NCBI GenBank assembly: GCA_043809245.1
Contig: JAZDDZ010000004.1
Coordinates: 1 to 57,723, forward strand
Source: Candidatus Iainarchaeum sp.
GTDB taxonomy: Archaea; Iainarchaeota; Iainarchaeia; Iainarchaeales; JAZDDZ01
DNA: 57,723 nt
Direction of reading: 5' to 3'
In this document: positions 37,616 through 45,604 of the stretch, one piece after another
Layout: the number at the start of each line of letters is the position of its first letter
Position numbering within the stretch: the first letter of the stretch is position 1
Notes under the pieces: model-generated
What the model saw: only the letters and a program-made list of their open reading frames with translations
Database searches by the model: none
Told to the model about the DNA's origin: nothing
Translations under genes and position numbers: made by a program

Positions 37616-38272
37616 CTATCGCTCCCCTAAACCCATAATTATTTTGGGGGAAAGCTGCTTTAAGCTTTTCACCACAAGCTCCGCGCCCGCTGCCTTCAAT
37701 TTCTCTGCAGGAAAAGAATTTGTCACAGCAATGCACTTCATTCCAGCTGCCTTTGCAGCATTAACGCCCTGGATTGCATCCTCTATTACAACGCATTCTT
37801 TTGGTTCCAATGAAAGCTTTTTTGCTGCAAGCAAAAAAATGTCTGGCGCTGGCTTTCCCTGCTTAACCTCGCTTGAAGAGGCAATTACAGGGATTTTTTC
37901 CTTCAAACCAATTGCCGCCAGGGCTTTTTCCACAAAAAAAGTGCGAGAACTGGAACCGACTGCAATCAAAAAACCAGAGGATTTAAGGGATTCCACCAAC
38001 TCGATTGCGCCTGGAAAAGCGGGAATTTTTTCTGCGCCGAATTCCATGAGCGCATATTTTCTTTCAAGAAGCTTTTCAGGGTCGCCTTTTTTTCCGTATT
38101 TTTTCAGCATTGCCTTGAAAAAATCACCCGCGGGAACTCCAATGAATTCATGGAGCTCCTCCATTGTAGCGGGCACGCCCATTTCATGCAATGGCTGCAA
38201 CTCGGTTTTGCAGTGCTGCTCCATTGAATCAATGAGCACGCCATCCAAATCAAAAATCACTGCTTTAATCAT
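37616..38272 (-). CDS. HAD-family phosphatase (beta-PGM-like)
   Basis: FDLDGVL.DS, KPAPD, EDA..G..AA. Confidence 0.93.
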   Translation of the reverse strand: MIKAVIFDLDGVLIDSMEQHCKTELQPLHEMGVPATMEELHEFIGVPAGDFFKAMLKKYGKKGDPEKLLERKYALMEFGAEKIPAFPGAIELVESLKSSGFLIAVGSSSRTFFVEKALAAIGLKEKIPVIASSSEVKQGKPAPDIFLLAAKKLSLEPKECVVIEDAIQGVNAAKAAGMKCIAVTNSFPAEKLKAAGAELVVKSLKQLSPKIIMGLGER

Positions 38273-39168
38273 GCGCTTTCACCAATCAGCTGCATTTTTT
38301 CATTGAAAAATTCTTCGGGGTAAAATACGAGCGGGCGCAAGACAGGCAATGCCTGCTTTTCGTCTGATTTTTTGAAATCCGATTTCAATTCCCTGTCCGC
38401 TTTCACCAATGCCTTGATTTTTTTTTCGGAAAACAATTTTTTTGAGTGCTTTTCCTCTGTCAGGGAAAATTCCCGAAAAGAATTCCATGGCTCAAGCTGC
38501 CTTAACTGTGCCAAGATTTTTTTGGAGCGCTTTTTTGCAATTGGAAAAACATTGCAGCCGCGCTTCATCAAAAGCCATGCCGCAAGCAAATCCTCTTCCT
38601 TTCCCTCAAACAAGACTGCAACGCTTCCCTCAACGCCTAGAGGAAGCCCGCCTGAACAGCGGAGTTCCGAGAAGAAAATGTAAAATGAATCCTGCTGCAC
38701 TTCAACGAAAACCTCCTTTGCTGGAGTGGAAAGATTCACTTTCAGTTTAGGGAAATGGTTCATCAATTCCCTTCCGAGAAAAATTTCAATGTCCTTTGAT
38801 GAGAAGTCATGCTCTCCGTTCCTTGAGGCTCTCACGGCAAAGGAATCGCCTTCGCGCAGAAAGCCCTTTGCGGCAGCGAGTGCTTTTTCCGCTATTGATT
38901 CAAGCGAGGCTTTTTTGTGCTCTTCCGCGAGCGCGATTGCGTGAACCCCAAAAGTGAAACGGAGCAATGAAAAGGCTTTCTCCAAGTCATCGGCAAACAA
39001 GTAAAGCCTTCCGCCTTTTCTCTCGATTTTTCGAACAGCAATTCCGTTTTTCTTTAACGCCAAGCGAATGTTCTGAACCAGTTTTTTCACGAAAAAACGC
39101 CTTACCTGCGTACTTTTAAGCGAAATCTCGGAAGCCGTTTTCACGAGAATGCAGTCCGGTACTAGCAT
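38269..39168 (-). CDS. ThiI-like THUMP-domain protein with degenerate PP-loop
   Basis: EI.LKS..VR, THUMP (FAVR..R.G.H.F.S), GGLPLG, AWLLMKRG; SGGxDS replaced by FEGKEED. Confidence 0.85.
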   Translation of the reverse strand: MLVPDCILVKTASEISLKSTQVRRFFVKKLVQNIRLALKKNGIAVRKIERKGGRLYLFADDLEKAFSLLRFTFGVHAIALAEEHKKASLESIAEKALAAAKGFLREGDSFAVRASRNGEHDFSSKDIEIFLGRELMNHFPKLKVNLSTPAKEVFVEVQQDSFYIFFSELRCSGGLPLGVEGSVAVLFEGKEEDLLAAWLLMKRGCNVFPIAKKRSKKILAQLRQLEPWNSFREFSLTEEKHSKKLFSEKKIKALVKADRELKSDFKKSDEKQALPVLRPLVFYPEEFFNEKMQLIGESA

Positions 39169-39212
39169 AAAGAGATTTAAATGCATTAGGGTTAAAATAT
39201 TACTGAATCAAA

Positions 39213-39266
39213 ATGAGCGCCCAAAACAACAAGGCCTGCAATTGCTGCTGTTGCTGTTGTTGTTAG
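39213..39266 (+). CDS. Poly-cysteine leader peptide MSAQNNKACNCCCCCCC (not in the ORF track)
   Basis: ATG AGC GCC CAA AAC AAC AAG GCC TGC AAT TGC TGC TGT TGC TGT TGT TGT TAG, 49 nt before cysE. Confidence 0.8.
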   Translation: MSAQNNKACNCCCCCCC

Positions 39267-39315
39267 CGGGCCCGCTCAAAAAACAATTTAACGATTTTTT
39301 GGGGGGTTAAAAAAA
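39213..39315 (+). promoter_or_regulatory. Candidate cysteine-responsive attenuator of cysE
   Basis: Leader peptide plus stems 39225-39232/39257-39264, 39265-39276 and 39275-39283/39295-39303; the last overlaps the G-rich SD-like tract. Confidence 0.7.
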
Positions 39316-39975
39316 ATGAGCCAAGGGCATGACGCGCAAAAAAAGAATTTCCTGCAGTTGATCTGGCGGGACATGAAGGCGGTTCCCGCAAACGACCCTG
39401 CTTCAAGGGGAGTGCTTGATGCATTAATCTGCCATCACCCATTGCATGCGATAATCGTGCACCGCCTGGTGCATCCATTGTACACCTGGCGTGTGCCGCT
39501 GCTGCCTAGGTTTATCGCGAATTTCGCGCGCTTCTGGAGCGGGGTTGAAATCCACCCCGGCGCGGAAATAGGGGAAAGCTTTTTCATTGACCACGGCACT
39601 GGAACAGTCATTGGGGAAACAACCAAGATTGGAAAAAACTGCGTTGTATTTCAGCAGGTTACTTTGGGGGGCACTGGAAAGCACAAGGGAAAAAGGCATC
39701 CAACGCTTGGGGACAATGTTTACGTAGGGGTTGGAAGCATTCTGTTGGGCCCGATTAAAGCAGGAGAGAACGCGAAAATCGGCGCGAATTCCTTTGTGTT
39801 AATGCATGACATTCCCGCGAATGCAACGGTTGTCGGAAACCCTGCAAGGATTATTAGACTGGATGGGAAGAAAGTGAATCTAGAGCTTCCAAAGACATCT
39901 GATCAGCAGGTTGAACAAGAAAATAATGGGGCACAAACTTCAAACGTTAAACCTGCTGAGACCCAAACAATTTAA
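39316..39975 (+). CDS. cysE: Serine O-acetyltransferase
   Basis: NDPA, GVEIHPGA.IG..FFIDHGTG.VIGET, VTLGGTGK..GKRHPT. Confidence 0.95.
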   Translation: MSQGHDAQKKNFLQLIWRDMKAVPANDPASRGVLDALICHHPLHAIIVHRLVHPLYTWRVPLLPRFIANFARFWSGVEIHPGAEIGESFFIDHGTGTVIGETTKIGKNCVVFQQVTLGGTGKHKGKRHPTLGDNVYVGVGSILLGPIKAGENAKIGANSFVLMHDIPANATVVGNPARIIRLDGKKVNLELPKTSDQQVEQENNGAQTSNVKPAETQTI

Positions 39976-40030
39976 ATCCAAACGGAGGATAGAATTTGTT
40001 TAAGCCTTTCAATGCGAACGGAGCTGTGGT

Positions 40031-40098
40031 GCGTCATGCGAGGCGAAAGCCGAGCAAGCCTCCCTGAAGGGGATGCCCGTACCCGGCGGACGTGACGC
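40031..40098 (+). ncRNA. Candidate structured RNA abutting tRNA-Cys
   Basis: 8-bp closing stem GCGTCATG/CGTGACGC enclosing a GGC-GAAA-GCC hairpin with tandem GA pairs and two more stems; TTTAAG box ~30 nt upstream. Confidence 0.55.
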
Positions 40099-40099
40099 C

Positions 40100-40171
40100 G
40101 CTGAGGTGGCAGAGAGGCTATGCATCGGCCTGCAGAGCCGAAGATCGTGGGTTCGAATCCCACCCTCAGCT
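40100..40171 (+). tRNA. tRNA-Cys(GCA)
   Basis: GCTGAGG/CCTCAGC acceptor, U73, anticodon arm TCGGC-CTGCAGA-GCCGA, TTCGAAT T-loop. Confidence 0.96.
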
Positions 40172-40205
40172 CTAATAAAACGGTGATAAGCTTCTGGCTT
40201 TTTAT

Positions 40206-41447
40206 ATGCCAAAAACCGAAAGGGTTTTTATGGCAAAGAAAAAAGAAAAGCCGGAACTGTTTGATATTCACGGATCCGCTGAATTACTGAAAGGCAGCAT
40301 TAAGCGATTAAAGGAAAGCAAAGCCACGGACAAAAACAAAAAACTTATTTTGGCGTTCATTAATAGCTGCGTTACTTCTGGCAACCGCGGCACACACCGG
40401 CGCAACAAATACCTTTTTCACTTAAAGGTAATAGCTGAACGAATAGGCAAAGACTTAGACAAGGCACAAAAAAAGGACATTGAAGCCTTTGTTACTTGGC
40501 TTGAAAAAAGCGATTACGGCGACAACACACGCCGCGACTTCAGGGGCTGTTTAAAGGTATTCTTTAAATGGCTGGAAGCCGAACGGCTTAAAATAAGTGT
40601 TCGGGAATTAGAACAGCAAAGAAAAGAACCCGCTACTGTCGCCTGGTTTAGCACCGGCGGAAAAAAGAACGGAATAACGCTGCCGCAACAAATACTTAAC
40701 GAGGACGACATTATTTTGTTGTTGAACAACACAACCTGCAGCCGCGACCGCGCCTTTATTTCGGTTTTATACGAAAGCGCGGGAAGGATCGGGGAAATTG
40801 GAAGCCTGAAAATTGGCAGTATTGCCTTTGACGAATTCGGCTGCAAAATTTCCGTTAGCGGAAAGACCGGCGACCGCGTTATAAGGTGCATTACCTGCAC
40901 CAAATTTTTACAAACCTGGCTGAACGAGCATCAGCTAAACGGCGATCTGAACGCGCCTTTGTGGATTGGAAAGCAAACAAAAAAACCGATTGAATACGCT
41001 GGCTTGGCAAAAATAATTAAGCAGGCAGCACGCAGGGCCGGGCTGCAGAAGCCGATAAACCCGCACGCCTTCCGGCACGCGCGATTGACGGCATTGGCGA
41101 AGGTTTTGAAAGAGGCGCAATTAACGCTTTTTGCGGGCTGGACTTCTTCGGATCAATGCAAGACCTATGTTCACTTATCGCAGCGTGACGTGGACGACGC
41201 GATCCTGGGCGCTTATGGATTGAAGGAAAAGCCGTCCGAAGAAAAAAGCAAGCTGCTGCCCCGCGTCTGCATTTACTGCACCGAACCCAATGAACCCACT
41301 GCCCTTTTTTGCAGCAAATGCCTAAAACCCTTAACTTTGCAGGCCGCCCAACAATATGAAACGGAATTCCAGGAAAAATGGCTGCGCCTGCGCGAAATGG
41401 AAACCAGGCTTGCGTTAGTGGAACAAATGCTTAAAGCGAAAAAATAA
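40206..41447 (+). CDS. Tyrosine recombinase/integrase with C-terminal Zn ribbon
   Basis: SAGRIGE, GKTG, HAFRH, AGW, KTYVH; CIYC..CSKC; alternative start at 40230. Confidence 0.94.
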   Translation: MPKTERVFMAKKKEKPELFDIHGSAELLKGSIKRLKESKATDKNKKLILAFINSCVTSGNRGTHRRNKYLFHLKVIAERIGKDLDKAQKKDIEAFVTWLEKSDYGDNTRRDFRGCLKVFFKWLEAERLKISVRELEQQRKEPATVAWFSTGGKKNGITLPQQILNEDDIILLLNNTTCSRDRAFISVLYESAGRIGEIGSLKIGSIAFDEFGCKISVSGKTGDRVIRCITCTKFLQTWLNEHQLNGDLNAPLWIGKQTKKPIEYAGLAKIIKQAARRAGLQKPINPHAFRHARLTALAKVLKEAQLTLFAGWTSSDQCKTYVHLSQRDVDDAILGAYGLKEKPSEEKSKLLPRVCIYCTEPNEPTALFCSKCLKPLTLQAAQQYETEFQEKWLRLREMETRLALVEQMLKAKK

Positions 41448-41468
41448 AAGGTTAAATGGTGTTATTTT

Positions 41469-41954
41469 ATGGAAATGACTGCAAAATATAACTGGCAAAC
41501 TTCACGAGATGCCTTTAATGTATTGACCGAATTGTTTTTTATGGAAGAATATCCGTTTAGCACTAACCCACGTTACAAAAACAAAGTATCCTTGACGGAA
41601 CTTAGTAAAAGTATGGGGGCAAGCAAGCAAACCATAAGCGACCAGTTAGCCTGTTTCAAAGAAGAAAATATCGTTGTTGGGGAATATAACAAAGGGCAAA
41701 AATATTTTACTATTAATATGCCTGTGTTATTGCACCACTTAGGCGCAAGGTTTGATTCGGAACAAAAATGGGAAACTATGCCCCAAAAAGTAAGGAAATA
41801 TATGACTGCAACCTTGGTGTTATCCCAATGTTTTGCGGAATGGAAATACCTTTGCATTGCAGAAGGCACATTAAAAGAGGTAAAAAAAGGTATTACTCTA
41901 AAGTTAAATACCCTTAAAGCAAAGCACGCCATTCTGAAAAAATTGGAAAAATAG
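41469..41954 (+). CDS. Winged-helix transcriptional regulator
   Basis: SLTELSKSMGASKQTISDQLACF..ENIV....GQKYF. Confidence 0.75.
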   Translation: MEMTAKYNWQTSRDAFNVLTELFFMEEYPFSTNPRYKNKVSLTELSKSMGASKQTISDQLACFKEENIVVGEYNKGQKYFTINMPVLLHHLGARFDSEQKWETMPQKVRKYMTATLVLSQCFAEWKYLCIAEGTLKEVKKGITLKLNTLKAKHAILKKLEK

Positions 41955-41971
41955 CCCTAATTCTGTGTTTT

Positions 41972-42033
41972 CGCAATTTGCGTAAACCTTATATATATCT
42001 TCAGCACCAAAGGTATATACGCAATTTGCGTAT
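41972..42033 (+). promoter_or_regulatory. Two palindromic operators flanking a TATA box
   Basis: CGCAATTTGCG at 41972-41982 and ATACGCAATTTGCGTAT at 42017-42033 around TTATATATA. Confidence 0.75.
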
Positions 42034-42045
42034 TTGGTGGTAAAA

Positions 42046-42216
42046 ATGAAGTTTCAAAATAAACCTGAAAAAAGAAAGACAATTTTCTTAACGCCGAAAG
42101 ACGAGCGGAACTTATTTGCAGTTATGCGCGCGGAAGATTGCCGCAGCCAAATTGAAGGCGTAAGAGCGGCATTGAGAATTGCGGTGCAAACCATAAACGG
42201 AGTTGATCCAGAATGA
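42046..42216 (+). CDS. Small ribbon-helix-helix-like protein
   Basis: RKTIFLT beta strand followed by two helices (S..E.VR.AL). Confidence 0.6.
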   Translation: MKFQNKPEKRKTIFLTPKDERNLFAVMRAEDCRSQIEGVRAALRIAVQTINGVDPE

Positions 42217-42338
42217 AAGACGAAGAACTGCTTGAATTTATGCGAAAGCAGCCAGTTGAAAAATTGGAAAACGATTTTCCTTTCCTAACAGCGGCGATAA
42301 AAGTTTTAGCGGAGAAAAAAGCGCAGGCTAAAGGTTAA
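42213..42338 (+). CDS. 41-aa hypothetical protein (not in the ORF track)
   Basis: MKDEELLEFMRKQPVEKLENDFPFLTAAIKVLAEKKAQAKG*, ATGA overlap with the upstream gene. Confidence 0.55.
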   Translation: MKDEELLEFMRKQPVEKLENDFPFLTAAIKVLAEKKAQAKG

Positions 42339-42379
42339 AAAAAATTGCCGGGAAAACCCCCGGCGGGTATGGTGTAAAT

Positions 42380-42631
42380 ATGTTGCAAGCAATAGGATAT
42401 AAAAAGGCTGAAAGGTGTTGTGCGCGCTGTGGCAATGGATCCGGTGCTGGCACAAAGAAATACTGGTTTTACCTGCATAAAGGCCAAATGCGGAAACGAT
42501 TATGTTTGCCCTGCATTGAGTTGCTGGGTGGTTCTCAAATAGCGTTGGCCTGGCTGGAAGAAACCTATCCCACGCTAAACGATAATCGGATTTTACGAAT
42601 GAAGCCGCAGGCTGGTGAAACGAATGGCTAA
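42380..42631 (+). CDS. Small Zn-finger protein
   Basis: CARC...CLPC. Confidence 0.6.
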   Translation: MLQAIGYKKAERCCARCGNGSGAGTKKYWFYLHKGQMRKRLCLPCIELLGGSQIALAWLEETYPTLNDNRILRMKPQAGETNG

Positions 42632-44642
42632 GAAAGCGCGCAAAGCAAAGCAAAAAAAGATTAAGGCTGTGAGCAAAGCAAAACCATTTAGCGATTATTC
42701 CATTGACGCCGCTGGCTGGATCACCTTAAAATTCGGCAGCCAAAAAAAGCGCTGGGATAGAATTCAAAACTTAAAAGTAGATCTACAGGCAGATATTGAC
42801 GCCAATCAAACCGAACTGAAAGAAATGGGCGTTACCGAATTTGACGATCGCGCGTATATCATTGACGGAATTATTGCGTTTCAGCGAAAGGAAAAGGAAA
42901 AGAAAAAATTGCAGGAAGAAAAAGAACTGGCAAAAAAACCCGCACCAGTTGTTGAAGAACAGGAGGAACAGCCAAAAGAATTTCCGCGTATTGAGGAACT
43001 AACGCTTAACCCTGCTGGAGGAATAGTTAAGGCTACTGGCCTGGTTTACGAACCCATTGGCCGCGGATGGTATGCCTTTAATTTGCAGGGCGTGCGCGGA
43101 CTTGCAAAGGCAAAACCAGTTTTTGCGCCGACAACAAACAAACAGGCGAAGCGGAAATTATTGGATTTTGCTTTGGAGATAGACGGGCAACAGTTGTTTT
43201 TCCAGGAGAAGCCTTTGCTTCATAAATTGCCCTGGCAAATTCCAGAATATATTTTCTTTGAAGAATGGAAAGTCGGCGGCGTTCGCACGCCAACAGGTGA
43301 ACAAATTTTTAATGAACTGCGCACTTACTTCCGCACCTTCCTTGACTTTCCCCTGGAATACTGTTATGACGTGGCAGTTGTTGCGAACCTGCAGACCTGG
43401 GTTAAACATATTTTGCCTTCCGTTGCCTTTGTTTGCTATGAAGGCGAATTCGGCGGCGGAAAAAGCACGGCGTTGGAAGCAGCAACAGATATTCAACGTC
43501 ACGGAATATTAGGCGGCAATGTTTCAACAGCCGCTTTGCCGCGATTAATACAGGATTGGGATTGTAGCATAAACCTTGACGAAGTTGAAGTTAAGGCTAA
43601 CAGGAAAGACGACGACACCTGGCTTTCCATTAGGCAGGCGAACCGGCGCGGAAACTTTTATATTAGAATGAACCCAGGCGATAAAACCACGCTGGATATA
43701 TTCAGCCAATTTACAGTTATTTCCTTCACGGCCCACGGAATAGTTGAAGTCGCCGCAAAAACGCGATCCATTCCAATCCCTTGCAGGAAATCAAAGGACA
43801 GCCGTTTGCCTGCCGTTAATATGGTTCGCAGCGTTCAGGCCGGCGAAGTGTTGAAACTGCTATATGCCTGGTATTTAGACAACGCCTGGCGACAGGTTGC
43901 CGTAATTGACGCGGTTGCCACAGTTGCCACGTTGCCAGATAACCCTGAAGGCAATAGGACTAACCTTTGGAACGCATTAACAAAGAAATTCAGCCAGGGA
44001 GAAATTGACTTTATCCTGGCTTTTACTGGAAGAAACAACGAATTGGCAATAACCGCATTGTTGGTTTGCAGGGCGTTGGGCCTTAGTCCTTTATTTCTTG
44101 AAGGCTTAAAGACTTCCTTAAAGCTAAAAGCGGAAACCGAAGCCGATAGGGATCTTAACAGCTATGAAACAATTTTGGCCCTGGTGCTTAAAGATTGGCA
44201 CGGAAAAACAGGGTTAATGGATAGCACCGGCACAAAATTCGTGGTGCAGGCCGATGTTTACAAGGACTATTTAAGCCGCTTATCTTTGGAAGGCCTTAGC
44301 CTGGTGAGCGCCCCAAAATTCCACGAGCATTTAATGGGTTTTGGGTTTTTGGATAACGTAAACCGGAAAAAGGCAAAAGTAAAGGACGCCGTAAGGGAAA
44401 CTACTGCCAGGTGCCTTTTCTTTGACGCGAATGTAATTGAAAAGATACTGCCCCCAACGCCTTCCCCCCCTGAAGTGGCAACCGACAACCACGGCAACAA
44501 CGGCAACCAAACAGATCCTAAATGCGTTCGCTGTGGGCAAACCGAAGGGCAATTTTTCCTTAAGCCTGAAGGCCAGTTATGCCACAGCTGCACCATTCAG
44601 CAATATCCAGACGACTTCAGGCATAAGGCGGTGGTTCAATGA
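42624..44642 (+). CDS. Replication protein, P-loop helicase-like, with C-terminal Zn finger
   Basis: Walker A GEFGGGKST, Walker B INLDE, TRS arginine-finger-like motif, CVRC..CHSC. Confidence 0.75.
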   Translation: MAKKARKAKQKKIKAVSKAKPFSDYSIDAAGWITLKFGSQKKRWDRIQNLKVDLQADIDANQTELKEMGVTEFDDRAYIIDGIIAFQRKEKEKKKLQEEKELAKKPAPVVEEQEEQPKEFPRIEELTLNPAGGIVKATGLVYEPIGRGWYAFNLQGVRGLAKAKPVFAPTTNKQAKRKLLDFALEIDGQQLFFQEKPLLHKLPWQIPEYIFFEEWKVGGVRTPTGEQIFNELRTYFRTFLDFPLEYCYDVAVVANLQTWVKHILPSVAFVCYEGEFGGGKSTALEAATDIQRHGILGGNVSTAALPRLIQDWDCSINLDEVEVKANRKDDDTWLSIRQANRRGNFYIRMNPGDKTTLDIFSQFTVISFTAHGIVEVAAKTRSIPIPCRKSKDSRLPAVNMVRSVQAGEVLKLLYAWYLDNAWRQVAVIDAVATVATLPDNPEGNRTNLWNALTKKFSQGEIDFILAFTGRNNELAITALLVCRALGLSPLFLEGLKTSLKLKAETEADRDLNSYETILALVLKDWHGKTGLMDSTGTKFVVQADVYKDYLSRLSLEGLSLVSAPKFHEHLMGFGFLDNVNRKKAKVKDAVRETTARCLFFDANVIEKILPPTPSPPEVATDNHGNNGNQTDPKCVRCGQTEGQFFLKPEGQLCHSCTIQQYPDDFRHKAVVQ

Positions 44643-44818
44643 ATGGCGCTAATTCTACAAATTGCATAACGTCACCCAAACGGGAAGGCGGGCGGTTACG
44701 TGTTCGCCGCTTGCCTTTCACTAACTTAACGCAGAATTTCGCTGTTTGCGCGCTGCGGGAAAATTCCGTTCGCTGCGGCAGCTGCTTAAAGTGTTTTATG
44801 AGGCGGTTGAATGGCTAA
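44639..44818 (+). CDS. 59-aa Cys-containing hypothetical protein (not in the ORF track)
   Basis: ATGA overlap with rep; ends ...VRCGSCLKCFMRRLNG*. Confidence 0.45.
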   Translation: MNGANSTNCITSPKREGGRLRVRRLPFTNLTQNFAVCALRENSVRCGSCLKCFMRRLNG

Positions 44819-45059
44819 ACGCGTTAAGGGTTTCCGGCTTTCAGATCAAGCGCTTAAATGGCTGGGTTTCATTAAATCAAAAGGATTAAGTGAAACCGCG
44901 GCAGTTGAAACAGCGCTTGGGGCCTATTCAACAGCGCTTATAATTGCTGAAGAAAGCAAAACAAACGCTGGCATTAATGTTGAACAGCATAATAACGCTT
45001 CTAAATCGGTTAAATCACTTTCAAACGAAGCCAAACTTAACGAAAACGAAGGGGTTTGA
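44811..45059 (+). CDS. Ribbon-helix-helix-like protein
   Basis: KRVKGFRLSD.AL..L......SET.AVE.AL. Confidence 0.6.
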   Translation: MAKRVKGFRLSDQALKWLGFIKSKGLSETAAVETALGAYSTALIIAEESKTNAGINVEQHNNASKSVKSLSNEAKLNENEGV

Positions 45060-45437
45060 ATGGGCGCGTTTGAGGAACGATTAAAAGACCGAACTAAAAA
45101 AATGGTTGTCAGCGTTGAAGGCGGGGATTACGAAACGCTTTATTCAAAAATTGGGGAATTGGAAAAATTTGGCTTCCAGCTTTTCAAAGTTAGGGAAAGC
45201 AAAGGCGAGTTTTTTTCCTCTTTGAACGCCTTGATGATTCGGAAAATGGATGAAGCCGATGACGACAGTTGCCATTTTTGCGGGAAAGTTAATGTGTCGG
45301 AGGATGGCGCACTTTTAACCCCAAATTTTGCAGGGGGAAAAAAAACAAGGATTTGCACGCATTGTCTTCAAATCCTGCGATTCCTTACAGCGAACTTTGT
45401 AAAGGAAGAAAAGAAAAACAAGGAGGTGAAAAAATGA
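45060..45437 (+). CDS. Hypothetical protein with C4 Zn finger
   Basis: CHFCGK...ICTHCL. Confidence 0.65.
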   Translation: MGAFEERLKDRTKKMVVSVEGGDYETLYSKIGELEKFGFQLFKVRESKGEFFSSLNALMIRKMDEADDDSCHFCGKVNVSEDGALLTPNFAGGKKTRICTHCLQILRFLTANFVKEEKKNKEVKK

Positions 45438-45604
45438 ATGATTTCAAAATAATTGACGAATACCAAAAAAAGCGCTTTGCAAAAGCCGAGAAAAACTTAA
45501 AACGCCCACTAACCGCTTATGAGATGTGCGTTTTAAGCAAGCAAATTGAAAACGATATAAAGCAAGGTTTTCACTTAAAGGGAGTTGAAAAAAATGTTAA
45601 ATAA
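45434..45604 (+). CDS. Small hypothetical protein
   Basis: Perfect SD GGAGGTGA before ATG 45434. Confidence 0.6.
   Translation: MNDFKIIDEYQKKRFAKAEKNLKRPLTAYEMCVLSKQIENDIKQGFHLKGVEKNVK

Noticed and set aside
40021-40098. T-box, SRP, RNase P or 5S identity for the pre-tRNA element
   Set aside because: No UGGA bulge or specifier loop, no SRP helix-8 motif, no RNase P P4 consensus, and too short for 5S
39972-40271. Minus-strand ORFs of 99 and 67 aa
   Set aside because: Shadows of tRNA-Cys and the structured element
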